Shown here: positions 41,300-53,612 of the stretch, one piece after another
How positions within the stretch are numbered: position 1 is the first letter of the stretch
Layout of the letters: every line of letters starts with the position of its first letter
NCBI GenBank assembly: GCA_964016885.1
Contig: OZ024764.1
Coordinates: 13,020,001-13,084,000, forward strand
Reading direction: 5' to 3'
DNA length: 64,000 nt
Source of the DNA: Eledone cirrhosa
Taxonomy: Eukaryota
Translations under genes and position numbers: made by a program
Notes under the pieces: generated by a model
The model's input: only the letters and a program-made list of their open reading frames with translations
Told to the model about the DNA's origin: nothing
The model's database searches: none

Positions 41300-41472
41300 T
41301 CTGGCCCTCTACCGACACTGCCAATCCACCGCCCTAACACTATAATAGTAATAATTGTTTCTACTTTTGGCACAAGGCCAGCAATTACCCCAGTGTATTA
41401 CTGGTACTTTATTTTATCGACCCCCGTAAGGATGAAAGGCAAAGTTAACCTCGGTGGGATTTGAACTCAGAC
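41300..41472 (-). mobile_element. SINE family B fragments from a head-to-tail pair
   Basis: ctggtactttattttatcgacccccgtaaggatgaaaggcaaagttaacctcg. Confidence 0.82.
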
Positions 41473-42179
41473 CAATGATAATAGTGATGACAATAACAAT
41501 AACCAGAATAAGATCAGCCCCTCCTCGCTTCCCATTCCCCTGTCCCCTCAGAGACACCCAGACACAGAGACACACAGACAGACAGACACACACAGACAGA
41601 CACACAGACAGAAGATATACAAGTACAGTACAAGGAAGAAGAAATAAAAATGGAAGCCGTAAAAACAAAATGTCTGCCTTCTTTAGTATTTAACGATAGT
41701 TTTACAGCCTATAAAAAAAAAGTAAGCAACACCAAACTCTAACCCCCCAGACCTGACCCTCACTCACTCATTCAGACAGACAGCCATTTATATTTCTCAG
41801 TTATATTCAAGGGTTTGTTGAGATATTCGCAGGGGAATCTATGAAAATTTACTGTAGTATTTGAGTTGCTCTTTATTCCTCCTTGAAATAATGTCGACTT
41901 TTTAATCAATTATTATACCCATTTCGGAAAATTCTTGTTAACTGCGGGTCGGGTTGTTGTTGTTGTTGTTGTTGTTGAACAAGGAAGTGTGTGAAGAAAT
42001 AAAACAATAAAACAAAAGAAATAGTTAACACAACAATAAGAAAACCAAGACAAAACCTACAATGCCAGAAATAGTTAATATTTCACTGGTTTTATGGATG
42101 AAATTATTCTTAGTTAGTTTTTTTTTTTAGTTTTTTTTATTTATCATCCCAGAGAAGAGAGATAGAGGGGAGAGAAAGA

Positions 42180-42375
42180 AGACCCTCTCCCTCTATCTCC
42201 TCTTCTTTCTCTCTCTCTCTCTCTTTATCTCTTCTTATTTTTTATCTCTCCCCCCTCTCTCTCTTTTAGCCTCTCTCTCTCTCCTCTTCATTTTTTCTTT
42301 CTCACTCCTCTTTTCTCTTTATCTCGTCTTCTCTCACTATCTAACTACCTACCCCCTCTTCATTCTCTCTCTCTA

Positions 42376-42433
<58 letters not shown>

Positions 42434-42507
42434 AACTCACTCTTCACTCTCTCTCCTCTTCATTCTCTCTCTCTCTCTTTCACTCTCACCTCTTCACTCT
42501 CTCACCT

Positions 42508-42556
<49 letters not shown>

Positions 42557-42627
42557 TCACTCTTCACTCTCTCTCCTCTTCATTCTCTCTCTCTCTCTTT
42601 CACTCTCACCTCTTCACTCTCTCACCT

Positions 42628-42676
<49 letters not shown>

Positions 42677-42747
42677 TCACTCTTCACTCTCTCTCCTCTT
42701 CATTCTCTCTCTCTCTCTTTCACTCTCACCTCTTCACTCTCTCACCT

Positions 42748-42780
<33 letters not shown>
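42180..42780. repeat. (CT)n tract with 120-bp higher-order triplication
   Basis: ctcaactcactcttcactct at 42431, 42551 and 42671. Confidence 0.92.
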
Positions 42781-42785
<5 letters not shown>

Positions 42786-42956
42786 TCAATTTAACTGCTA
42801 TTTCAGTTTTAATACCAGAGGGAAATCTTAAAAGACAAAAGAATTTAAAAAAAAAATAAAATGATCAGCAGATATTAAGTACTTATTTAATTCTGTTCTG
42901 TTCTATTCTATTTGCCGTTGTTGTTGTTGTTGTTATTATTACTAATATTATTATTA

Positions 42957-42994
<38 letters not shown>

Positions 42995-42999
42995 GTTAT

Positions 43000-43605
43000 T
43001 GGATAGCAGTATTGGTAGAGGGTCGGACGCCATGCTTTGGCGCATAGAGTTACGGCCCTTGCCATTCTGAGTTCAAATCCCGCCGAGGTTAACTTTGCCT
43101 TTCATCCTTACGGGGTCGATAAAATAAAGTACCAGTAATGTACTGGGGTCAATTTAACCGACTTTCCCCTCCCCACAAATTACTGTCCTTGGGCCTATAC
43201 TAGAAATCATTATTATTATTATTATTATCAGGGCAGTGAATTGGCACTGTCGGTAGAGGGTCGGACGCCATGCTTTCTAGCAGAGTTACGTCCCTTTACA
43301 GTCCGAGTTCAAATCCCGTTGAGGTTAACTCTGCCTTTCATCTTTACGGGGTCGATAAAATAAAGTACCAGTAATACACTGGGATAATTCCTGGCCTTGT
43401 GCCAAAAGTAGAAACAATTATCATTATTTGGCAGTATCGGTAGAGGGTCGGACGCCATGCATTGCAGCATAGAGTTACGGCCCTTGCCATTCTGAGTTCA
43501 AATCCCGCTGAGGTTAACTTTGCCTTTCATCTTTACGGGTTCGATAAAATAAAGTACCAGTAATGTACTGGAATAATTGCTGGCCTTGTGCCAACAGTAG
43601 AAACA

Positions 43606-43650
<45 letters not shown>
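43000..43650 (+). mobile_element. Three head-to-tail SINE family B copies with (ATT)n tails
   Basis: B-box-like GAGTTCAAATCCC in each; separated by (ATT)n. Confidence 0.9.
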
Positions 43651-43651
<1 letters not shown>

Positions 43652-43652
<1 letters not shown>

Positions 43653-43857
43653 AAGACCACCTTCGGTCACAGATGGGATTTGCACCTAGAAAGTTCTCTT
43701 CCGAGGCACGAGTCCGGACAAGGTTGTTTGTGGAAGACCAGCAGTCACCCATGTATACCACTCCCCACTCCATGTCTCTGATGATGTCCAAGGGAAAGGT
43801 AATGGCTGATACAGCTTGGCACCAGTGACGTGACAACATATATATATATTATATATA

Positions 43858-43888
<31 letters not shown>

Positions 43889-44420
43889 CTTTATACACCA
43901 TATATACACTACACTATATGTGTTGTCCAAGGGAAAAGCAATGGCTGATACAGCTTGACACCAGTGACATCACAACATATATATACACTGTATATACACG
44001 ATATATACACTGTATATACTCTATATATACATTATATATACACTATATACACATTATATATACACTATATATATACACTATATATACATTATATATGATG
44101 TTGTCCAAGGGAAAGGATGTGACTGATACAGCTTGGCACCAGTGACATCACAACTCATATATACACTGTATATACACTATATACACATTATATATACACT
44201 ATATATACATTATATATGATGTTGTCCAAGGGAAAGGCTATGACTGATACAGCTTGGCACCAGTTACGCCGCAACTCATTTCTACAGCTGAGTAAACTGG
44301 AGCAACATGAAAATAAAGTGTCTTGCTCAAGAACACAGCCCATCACCTGGTCTGAGAATTGAACTCACAACCTTATGATTGCAAGCCTAATGCTTTAACC
44401 ACTAAGCTATGCACCTTGAC
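43652..44420 (-). mobile_element. SINE with family A head and a different 3' half; internal ~55-bp segment repeated four times with TA/CA spacers
   Basis: 44275-44420 matches 49441-49583 in reverse; gtccaagggaaa...gatacagctt occurs four times. Confidence 0.82.
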
Positions 44421-44479
44421 AAATACATACAGACAGACATACATACAAACATAGATACAAGCATACATACATACATGTG

Positions 44480-44728
44480 TGTATGTGACAGCTCACACCT
44501 ATGCAGGTTTAGCTGGCCTCCTCCACGGTATATCTCATTGGAGGTGTCTTGGGTGATTTAATGATAGGGACCCCAGTCCTATCATCTCATTTCTACAGCT
44601 GAGTAAACTGGAGCAACGTGAAATAAAGTGTCTTGCTCAAGGAAACAACACATCACCCGGTCCAAGAATTAAACTCACAACCTTTCGATTGCAAGCCCAA
44701 TGCTTTAACCTCTAAGCTACGCACTTTG
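44480..44728 (-). mobile_element. SINE with family A head and a third 3' sequence
   Basis: 44561-44725 matches 49445-49611 in reverse, then diverges. Confidence 0.78.
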
Positions 44729-44764
44729 ACATATACAGACATACAGACATACATACATACATAC

Positions 44765-45494
44765 CTCTATGCAATACAGGAACAAGAACTCCCTACCACA
44801 TATCTGGTGCACAAAAGGGGAGGGCCATCAGCTGACAATAAATGCAGGCTATGTAAAACAAAGATTGAAGATGTAAGCCACATTGTTGCCAGCTGCGAAA
44901 GAATGTCATCTCGCTACTACCTCCCCATGAGACACGGTGGGATAGCTAGAACCATCTGGAACACACTTCGGAAAACAAAATTAAAAACAAACGAGGAAGA
45001 ATATATTGAGACAGATGGCACTAAGGAATACTGGTGGAACCTGAAAATAAAAACTGCCACCAAATTAAAGCACAACCGGCCTGATATTGTTGTTTGGGAC
45101 CACACATTGAAAACGTATTCTGTTGTGGAGATCAGCTGCCCACTTGATGTAAACGTTGTCAGAAAAATACAGGAGAAGGAGGACATCTACGGACCATTGA
45201 TGAAGAGTTTACAAATCCAGTATCCAAGATGCACCTTTAGCTTCATACCCATCATTATTGGAGCTACGGGTTATATACCAACCCGCTTGGACCAATGTAT
45301 AGCTGAACTTGGATTTGCGGACAAAGAGCGCAGCTCCCTAATTCATAGTCTACAAATGGCTGCGATAGCTGGCACCTTCAAAATTTGCAAAACATTCTTG
45401 CGATTCAAGGGATGACAATTTCTTTTCTTTTACAACCTTGCCACCAGGAAGGTGGCCAGTCAAAAATATACTCGAAATTAAGAGAAAGAGAGAA
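44765..45494 (+). pseudogene. 5'-truncated RLE-bearing non-LTR retrotransposon (R4/Dong-like)
   Basis: Open frame to 45415 with QEQ, CRLC-x7-HIVASC (CCHC), RH, NRPDIV and EISCP..N..K..EK motifs; short 3' UTR; (CATA)n on both sides. Confidence 0.9.
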
Positions 45495-45603
45495 CATACA
45501 TACATACAGACATACATAACAAACAGTATATCGTTCTCTATAAGTCTGATATTCTCTTTGAAACAAAATCCAATTCAATAGCTCTTTTCACGAAACACTG
45601 CAT

Positions 45604-45703
45604 ATTGGTAATATTACTGGAAATTGACAAGTAAATCTGATTGGCTAGTAGATGCCTGCAAGGCATTAGGTGATTGGCTAATCCACTTTTTCTCTCAACC
45701 AAT
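45604..45703. promoter_or_regulatory. CCAAT-box cluster (NF-Y-like)
   Basis: ATTGG at 45604, 45640 and 45673, CCAAT at 45699; identical TGATTGGCTA 33 bp apart. Confidence 0.45.
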
Positions 45704-45819
45704 CGAAACAAATGCAGCGAAGTGGATAAAAAAATATAATGTAGTGTTATGATGAAAGAACAACAGAATGTGAGAAAGACGAAATGGAAATGATAAGGAC
45801 TTGAGTGGAATATACTAGA

Positions 45820-46250
45820 AGATGGTGGTGGTGGTGTGTTGGTAGTGGTGGTGGTGGTGATGGTGGTGGTGGTGGTGGTGTTGTTGGTAGTATAGAAGTG
45901 GTGGTGTTGATGGTACAGTGGTAGATGGTAGTGTGTTGTTGGTGGTGGTGGTGGTGTTGGCGGTATGTTGGTGGTGTTGGTGGTATGGTGATGTTGGTAT
46001 GGTGGTGGTGTTGGTGGTATGGTGATGTTGGTATGGTGGTGGTGTTGGTGGTATGGTGATGTTGGTATGGTGGTGTTGATAGTACAGTGGTAGATGGTAG
46101 TGATGTGGTTGTTGGTGGTGGTATAGTGATGTCGGTATGGTGTTGGTGATATAGTGATGTTGGTATGGTGTTGGTGATATGGTGGTGGTGGTGGTGGTAG
46201 TGGTGGTGGTGGTGGTGGTTGTAGTAGTAGTGGTGGTGGTAGTGGCGGTG
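45820..46250. repeat. (GGT)n-rich tract
   Basis: Direct reading. Confidence 0.9.
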
Positions 46251-46303
46251 AAGGACCCAACCAACAAACAAACACACATATATACATATATATATATACA
46301 TAT

Positions 46304-46363
<60 letters not shown>

Positions 46364-46491
46364 ATTTATATGATGATTTCCTTTGAATGAAACATTTCTA
46401 GTCCTGTAGAAGCCATTTCTATATTAAACATTTATACTCTGCTATGTATTGAGTCCCTTACTTACTGTGGTTACCCCCGATTGAACCTGGG

Positions 46492-46535
<44 letters not shown>

Positions 46536-46739
46536 GTGCTTTTTGCATTCACACACACACTCTCACACATATATATATATATATATATATTAAAATAACA
46601 GATTAAAGTTTAAGCAAATAATTGCTTCTTTCACCCTTAACGGGATCTTCTGAAACTAAAAAAGTCAATCAGTGAACGCAGAAGTAAATATTTCGAAAAA
46701 CGTTGCAACCGAAGGAAAACAGGAAGACGGTACTTTGGT

Positions 46740-47115
46740 TCGTGGAAACGTTCCCTGGCAGAGAACGGAAAAAAAAACGAAGATAATACGTAATTATTTG
46801 GAGCAATGAGAACATTACACGCAAAGACAAAACCACGTTTATGGTATAAATGAAGCCGTAGACTAATAGTCTATTAGGTGGTTCGTGTAGACGTTCCCTG
46901 GCAACGAACGGAGAAAACGAAGATAATACGTAATTATTTGGAGCGATGAGAACAATTACACGCAAAGACAAAACCACGTTTATGGTATAAATGAAGCCGT
47001 AGAGTAATATTTTATTAGGTGGTTCGTGGAGACGTTCCCTGGCAATGAACGGAGAAAACGAAGATAATACGTCATTATGTGGAGCACTGAGAACAATTAC
47101 ACGCAAAGACAAAAC
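46740..47115. repeat. ~142-bp tandem repeat, about 2.6 copies, in an unclassified (TA)n-flanked element (46590-47190)
   Basis: acgttccctggc at ~46748, 46891 and 47032. Confidence 0.85.
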
Positions 47116-47192
47116 GGTTCTTATATATTTGATATATATTTATCCTTATCGATCCCTCTTTGGATTTTACTCTTCAAATTTATTATTATTAC

Positions 47193-47221
<29 letters not shown>

Positions 47222-47223
<2 letters not shown>

Positions 47224-47425
47224 TAGAAAATAGAATAGCTTTCACGTATTTTTGACTAAAGGAATTTTTTAGCCTGATAATGGGGTTTAGAACCCTCAGA
47301 TAAATGGGAAAAGATGAGTATTGACGTACATGTACGTCAATACTCATCTTTAGTCAAAAATACGGTGAAAGCTATTCTATTTTCTAATTTCAAACCTGCT
47401 CACTGTTTCAAAACATACTTACTAG
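47222..47425. mobile_element. Fold-back family D element in (TA)n
   Basis: Outer inverted repeat 47222-47261 / 47348-47388; inner perfect 42-bp palindrome 47310-47351. Confidence 0.7.
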
Positions 47426-47739
47426 ATATATATATATATATAAGTATGCCTTTTGCATTCCATGATGATGATGATATATACATATATGTATAAAGCCCTG
47501 TACAAAAACTATATACATCCTTACATAAATAAAGTGAAAAAAAGCTCTAGACAAACATGTATAAAGCTGTGTAGAGAAGCTGACATAGAAAATACTGTTA
47601 AGTGAAGTGATAAAGCAACAATATTAATTCCACTTATCATTTTTCACTACTTCCACTTTTACCTGATGGTTATTTTAACTGTGTACCATTTCTGGTGGAA
47701 TATCTCTTGTTGTTTTGTTGTTGGATGTATGTATGTATG

Positions 47740-47777
<38 letters not shown>

Positions 47778-47780
<3 letters not shown>

Positions 47781-48635
47781 CATTCATTTAAATTATTGAC
47801 GTATTGTTTTATTGATATTTTTTATCTGTTTGGCCCGAATCTTCCTTTATCGATTTTAAATCGTATGGTTGATTGTAGACTTGTTCTATATGTGACGGTA
47901 TTTTAACGATAGTTATAGCTCTGATTCATCTGAATTATTGAGCCCTCTGCCGCTCATATCGAATTTCGTTTATCGTGAACTCGTGCGCCGATTTTTCGAT
48001 ACTCGATCTTTCTAATATATTTAGCTCTGGACATAGCTATCCACCAGTTAATTTTATTGCTCATTTTTTGTCGATTCTATTGAGTGATGAATAGCTTTTG
48101 TTTTATTTTAACATGTCTATTGAGCACTCTAATTCGATATGTGTTTTTCCACATTCACTCGAATTGTTTTCGCGGATATAGGGGTCATCTCCCTTGTCTA
48201 ATGCCATGTGCGTTTTTCACCGCTAGTTGACTCCTCTGCCGCCAGGAAAAAACTCGTTGATAACGTAAACTCCGTTCCACTTACTCTAGTAGGCTTTTAT
48301 ATTTATATGTGAGCTGATAGAGTACAGTCTAAGGATTTACAGAAACCCATGAAGCTAGATTTAACACCTTTCTAGTGGGTCCGGGTATGATTTTACATTC
48401 ATTTAAATTATTGACGTATTGTTTTATTGATATTTTTTATCTGTTTGGCCCGAATCTTCCTTTATCGATTTTAAATCGTATGGTTGATTGTAGACTTGTT
48501 CTATATGTGACGGTATTTTAACGATAGTTATAGCTCTGATTCATCTGAATTATTGAGCCCTCTGCCGCTCATATCGAATTTCGTTTATCGTGAACTCGTG
48601 CGCCGATTTTTCGATACTCGATCTTTCTAATATAT
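47778..48635. mobile_element. (TA)n-flanked element with ~243-bp terminal direct repeats
   Basis: 47778-48020 nearly identical to 48393-48635. Confidence 0.75.
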
Positions 48636-48818
48636 ATATATATATATATATTTATTTATATACACATATATATATATATACACACATATACTTACAGATA
48701 TATTATATATATATATACGTACATACATGTAGAGTATATACATATATACATATATTTGTTTTCTATATATAATATATCTAGCTGTGTGTGTGTGTATATA
48801 TATATATACACAAACATA

Positions 48819-48929
<111 letters not shown>

Positions 48930-49409
48930 CATATGACTGTGTATATATATATATATATAACATATGACAGTGTATATATATATAACATATGACAGTGTAT
49001 ATATATAAAACATATTAAAGTATATATATAAAACATATATATATAACATCATCATCATCCTCGTATGTCTATATATATAACATCATCATCGTTTAATGCC
49101 CATCTTCCACACTAGCATGGGTTAGACGGTTTTGTCCCATTTGATGTGGGATTCATGCTAGTGGCACAAATAAAAGCACCCAGTCCATGCTGTAAAATGG
49201 AGGAGTGGATAAGGCGCCTGAGTCCAGTAAGACAACCTCTCTAGTGGTGGTAGCACGAATAAAAGCACCCAGTCCATGCTGTAAAGTGGTGCTGGCGTTA
49301 GGAAGGGCATCCAACCAGTATAATAAATGCCAAAATTATGAGCACAACAAATAAAAATGATGATGATGATGATGATATATTTATATATACATACACACAC
49401 ACACACACA

Positions 49410-49440
<31 letters not shown>

Positions 49441-49441
<1 letters not shown>

Positions 49442-49778
49442 GGAGGCACATGGCTTAGTGGTTAGAGCATTGGCCTTGCAATCGAAAGATTGTGAGTTCA
49501 ATCCTCAGACCGGGTGATGTGTTGTTTCATTGAGCAAGACACTTTATTTCACATTGCTCCAGTTTACTCAGCTGTAGAAATGAGATGATAGGGACTGGGG
49601 TCCCTATCATTCCACTGCAAAGTGGACGTGTAGGTGCCACGGCAAAAAAGCACCCAGCACTCACTGTAAATGAGGTTGGTGTTAGGAAGGGCATCCAGCT
49701 GTAGAAATCAAGCCAGCATCAGTTCCCGTCCCACCCTTGCAAGCAGGGAAAAGCGGACGTAAAATGAAATGATGATGA
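49441..49778 (+). mobile_element. Full-length tRNA-derived SINE family A with RTE-derived tail
   Basis: A box TGGCTTAGTGG (49451), B box GAGTTCAATCC (49494), CORE-like ttgagcaagacactt, conserved aggaagggcatccagctgtagaaa domain, tail identical to the RTE end. Confidence 0.93.
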
Positions 49779-49958
49779 CACACATATGTGAAATGATTCA
49801 GGACCCCGACAACTGAGCTCCAGCCATTTCGAGGGCTAGATATATTATATATAGATATATTATATTAGACTTATCGTCCCCTAGTTTTGCTCTTTACTCT
49901 CTTTACTCTTTGTTCTTGAATGTTTGGTTGGTAGAGTCCATAACACAAATCAAACCCC

Positions 49959-50020
49959 TTTTTATAGCTCTGAAGAATCCTACGGTTACGTAAGGAAGAA
50001 ACATTGTAAGCCAATAAAAA
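49959..50020 (+). ncRNA. Type I hammerhead ribozyme, second sequence family
   Basis: tttttat-a-gct-CTGAAGA-atcctacg-gtta-cgtaaggaa-GAAA-cattg-TA-agc-ca-ataaaaa; A.A mismatch at the base of stem II. Confidence 0.62.
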
Positions 50021-50065
50021 ATGTTTGATGTTGTAGACGCTCTTGTGTTCTTTATCATATATGTA

Positions 50066-50106
<41 letters not shown>

Positions 50107-50108
<2 letters not shown>

Positions 50109-50437
50109 CGAGGGAAAAGTGGCAAGGAACCAGGTGGACCATAACACACCAAAGTACTCAATTAGTACAGAATTAGCCGTCGAAACGGCTTGAGCTCAGC
50201 CGTCGGGGTCTTACTTACTCCTATATATATATATATATATATATATAACGAAGGAAATGTGGTAAGGAACCAGGTGGACCATAACGCACCAAAGTACTCA
50301 ATACTTGAGGTAGTAGAGTGGGTAATAGGAACCAGTAAGACCCCGACAGCTGAGCTCAAGCCGTTTCGACGGCTAATTCAGTCCAGAATTAGCCGTCGAA
50401 ACGGCTTGAGCTCAGCTGTCGGGGTCTTACTGGTTCC

Positions 50438-50440
<3 letters not shown>
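50107..50440. mobile_element. Two fold-back family C copies in (TA)n
   Basis: Perfect 55-bp arms 50325-50379 / 50386-50440. Confidence 0.8.
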
Positions 50441-50475
<35 letters not shown>

Positions 50476-50556
50476 TATATATATATATATAATGATAATG
50501 ATGATGGTATTAATGGTATTTGTGGTGATGATGCTGATGACAATGATGGTAACACC

Positions 50557-50592
<36 letters not shown>

Positions 50593-50796
50593 AGCTTTAC
50601 CAGAAAGAAATTATGTAAAGATAATCCTAGCTGAAAAATCCAACCATGGAAGCAATTCGTTTTCAGACAGGAGCTATCTTTTGATGGTAAGTAGGTGACC
50701 TGACCTAGAGATCATGGAAGGGACCGGGGGCACATGTCACCTTATTATGTAATAGAATCTAATTTGGTAATTGGAAGTCTAAGGTATTATCTCACC

Positions 50797-51061
50797 CTCT
50801 ATCTATCTATCTCTATCTCTCTATATATCTATATATCTATCTATCTATCTATCTCTATCTCTCTATATATCTATCTATCTATCTCTCTCTATCTCTCTAT
50901 ATATCTATCTATCTATCTATCTATCTCTCTCTCTATCTATCTATCTATCTCTATCTCTCTATATATCTATCTATCTATCTATCTCTATCTCTCTATCTAT
51001 CTATCTATCTATCTCTCTATATATCTATCTATCTCTATCTCTCTATATATCTATCTATCTA

Positions 51062-51138
<77 letters not shown>

Positions 51139-51301
51139 CTCTCTCTCTCTATCTATCTATCTCTCTCTCTATCTATCTATCTATCTCTATCTCTCTATAT
51201 ATCTATCTATCTATATCTATCTATCTCTCTATCTATCTATCTATCTATATATCTCTCTATATATCTATCTATCTATATCTATCTATCTATCTATCTCTCT
51301 C

Positions 51302-51352
<51 letters not shown>

Positions 51353-52464
51353 CTCTCTCTATCTATCTATCTATCTCTCTCTCTATCTATCTATCTATCT
51401 ATCTGGCACACTGAGTGTGCCCAGGCGCTCACCGCCCTCTGGCAGGCGGATCCGGTTATCAGTGGAGACTCCACCGCAACATTCTATAGAGGGCTGGTAC
51501 GCAGCAGGTGCGACGACGCCCTCGGAGAAGCCCTAGACATGGAGGAGGACGAACTGGCCAGCCTTTTCGGTAGGACATTCAGCCCGGGACCTATGGACAA
51601 CTTCCAGAAGTCCCTGGCCTGGCAGTGCTACCGAGGGGCTTTACCCGTTCGAGAAAGGCTCTACAGACACGGGCGCCCGGGTAGGGACCCCGCCAAAAAG
51701 ATCTGTCCCAGATGCGTGTGCGACGAGGAAACCGTTGCACACGCATTAGTACACTGCTCGGGCGTAGCCGATCTGTGGGGCTATGTCGAACAACTGCTGT
51801 CAAGGGTGGGACCGATCCGGTTGACCACCGAGTCTATTGTAATGATCAAGCCGCCTCCCCCTTCAAAGATGAAGCAGAGGCGGTGTTTCTGTGCGTAATA
51901 GCCATGGCGAAAGAGGTTGTATGGTGGACGCGTCTGAAAGGACTGAGGTCGGGCACCTTTCTCTCTGGCCAACAACTGGTCCGTTTCTTCCGATATCATT
52001 TCGGAAGAAGGATCAGGATGGAGAGAGAGGTGCTGCACCCCAGCCGTTTCTATGAAAGATGGGTGAAAGTGGCGAGAATGGCCCGTGTGAATGGGCCTTC
52101 ACTCTACATCAGACTATAGGTGAGGAAGATGAAAGACCAAGGGAGCACCCTTCTCTGTGCTCCTGAGGAGAAGGGTTGCACACTTTTTTCGGGGGTGTGT
52201 GCGACCCCCCAAGGCGCCTCCTCTCTATTGAGGATTTGTTAAAAATTTTATTTTTTGTTATATCTTATTTTATTTTTATATTTTGTTATTGCCTCCTCCT
52301 TATTGAGGACGCCTTTTTGTGGTAAACTCCCCCCTTTGTACTTGTCCCACTTTTGATGCCCTAGTGGCAAATAAAAGAAACATATCTATCTATCTATCTA
52401 TCTATCTATCTCTATCTCTCTATCTATCTATCTATCTCTATCTCTCTATATATCTATCTATCTA

Positions 52465-52497
<33 letters not shown>

Positions 52498-52654
52498 CTC
52501 TATCTATCTATCTATCTCTATCTCTCTATCTATCTATCTATCTCTATCTATCTATCTATCTCTATCTCTCTATCTATCTATCTATCTCTATCTCTCTATC
52601 TATCTATCTATCTCTATCTCTCTATATATCTATCTATCTATATCTATCTATCTC

Positions 52655-52691
<37 letters not shown>

Positions 52692-52806
52692 ATATCTATC
52701 TATCTATATCTATCTATCTCTCTATCTATCTATCTATCTATCTCTCTCTCTCTCTATCTATCTCTATCTCTCTATCTATCTATCTATCTCTATCTATCTA
52801 TCTATC
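50797..52806. repeat. (TCTA)n tract split by a Tx1 insertion
   Basis: Direct reading: 50797-51404 and 52383-52806. Confidence 0.95.
51405..52382 (+). pseudogene. 5'-truncated Tx1/L1-clade LINE (zinc-finger C-terminus and 3' UTR)
   Basis: LAWQCYRGALPVRERL...CPRC..EETVAHALVHC...LW; frameshift near 51860; stop at 52119; T-rich UTR ending aataaaagaaaca. Confidence 0.9.
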
Positions 52807-53020
52807 TTTTGTGCCCCTGTGGCTAATAAAGAAACATATCTATCTCTAGATATGTTTATATAGCTATCTATCTCTAGATATGTTTATATATAGCTATCTA
52901 CCTATATATATATATTATATATATATAATATATATATATAAAACTCTCTCTCTCTCTTTTGCCTTCTCTCTCTCTCTCTCACTTTCCCTCAGTCTCACTT
53001 CCTTTCTCTCTATCTATATC

Positions 53021-53054
<34 letters not shown>

Positions 53055-53279
53055 TCTGTCTCACTCTCCTTTCTCTCTCTCTATATATATATCTATCTAT
53101 CTATTTCTGCCTCTCTCTCCCACTCCCACTATATATGTCTTTAACTATCGATCTATCTATCTCTCTGTATATATATATATAGAGAGAGAGAGAGAGAAAG
53201 ATAACTGTTGGTATATATATATATATATATAGAGAGAGAGATAGATAGATAGATACATGTATATATATATATATATATA

Positions 53280-53612
53280 CTTCTCTCTCCCTCTCTCTTT
53301 CTCCCCCACTATCTCTCTCTCGCCTCTCTCTTTCTCCCCCACTATCTCTCTCTCCCTCTCTTTCTCCCCCACTATCTCTCTCTCTCTTTCTCCCCCACTA
53401 TCTCTCCCTCTCTTTCTCCCCCACTATCTCTCCCTCTCTCTCTTTCTCCCCCACTATCTCTCTCTCTCCCTCTCTTTCTCCCCCACTATCTCTCCCTCTC
53501 TTTCTCCCCCACTATCTCTCCCTCTCTCTCTTTCTCCCCCACTATCTCTCTCTCTCTCTCTTTCTCCCCCACTATCTCTCTCTCTCTCTCTCTCTCCCCG
53601 ACTATCTCTCTC
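53280..53612. repeat. ~30-bp CT-rich minisatellite (ctttctcccccactat)
   Basis: Direct reading. Confidence 0.9.

Noticed and set aside
49441-49515. tRNA gene
   Set aside because: A and B boxes are present, but it is the head of a multi-copy SINE without a proper acceptor stem.
50655-50693. 20-nt plus-strand micro-exon (ttttcag|...|gtaagt)
   Set aside because: Short pyrimidine tract, length not a multiple of three, no other support.
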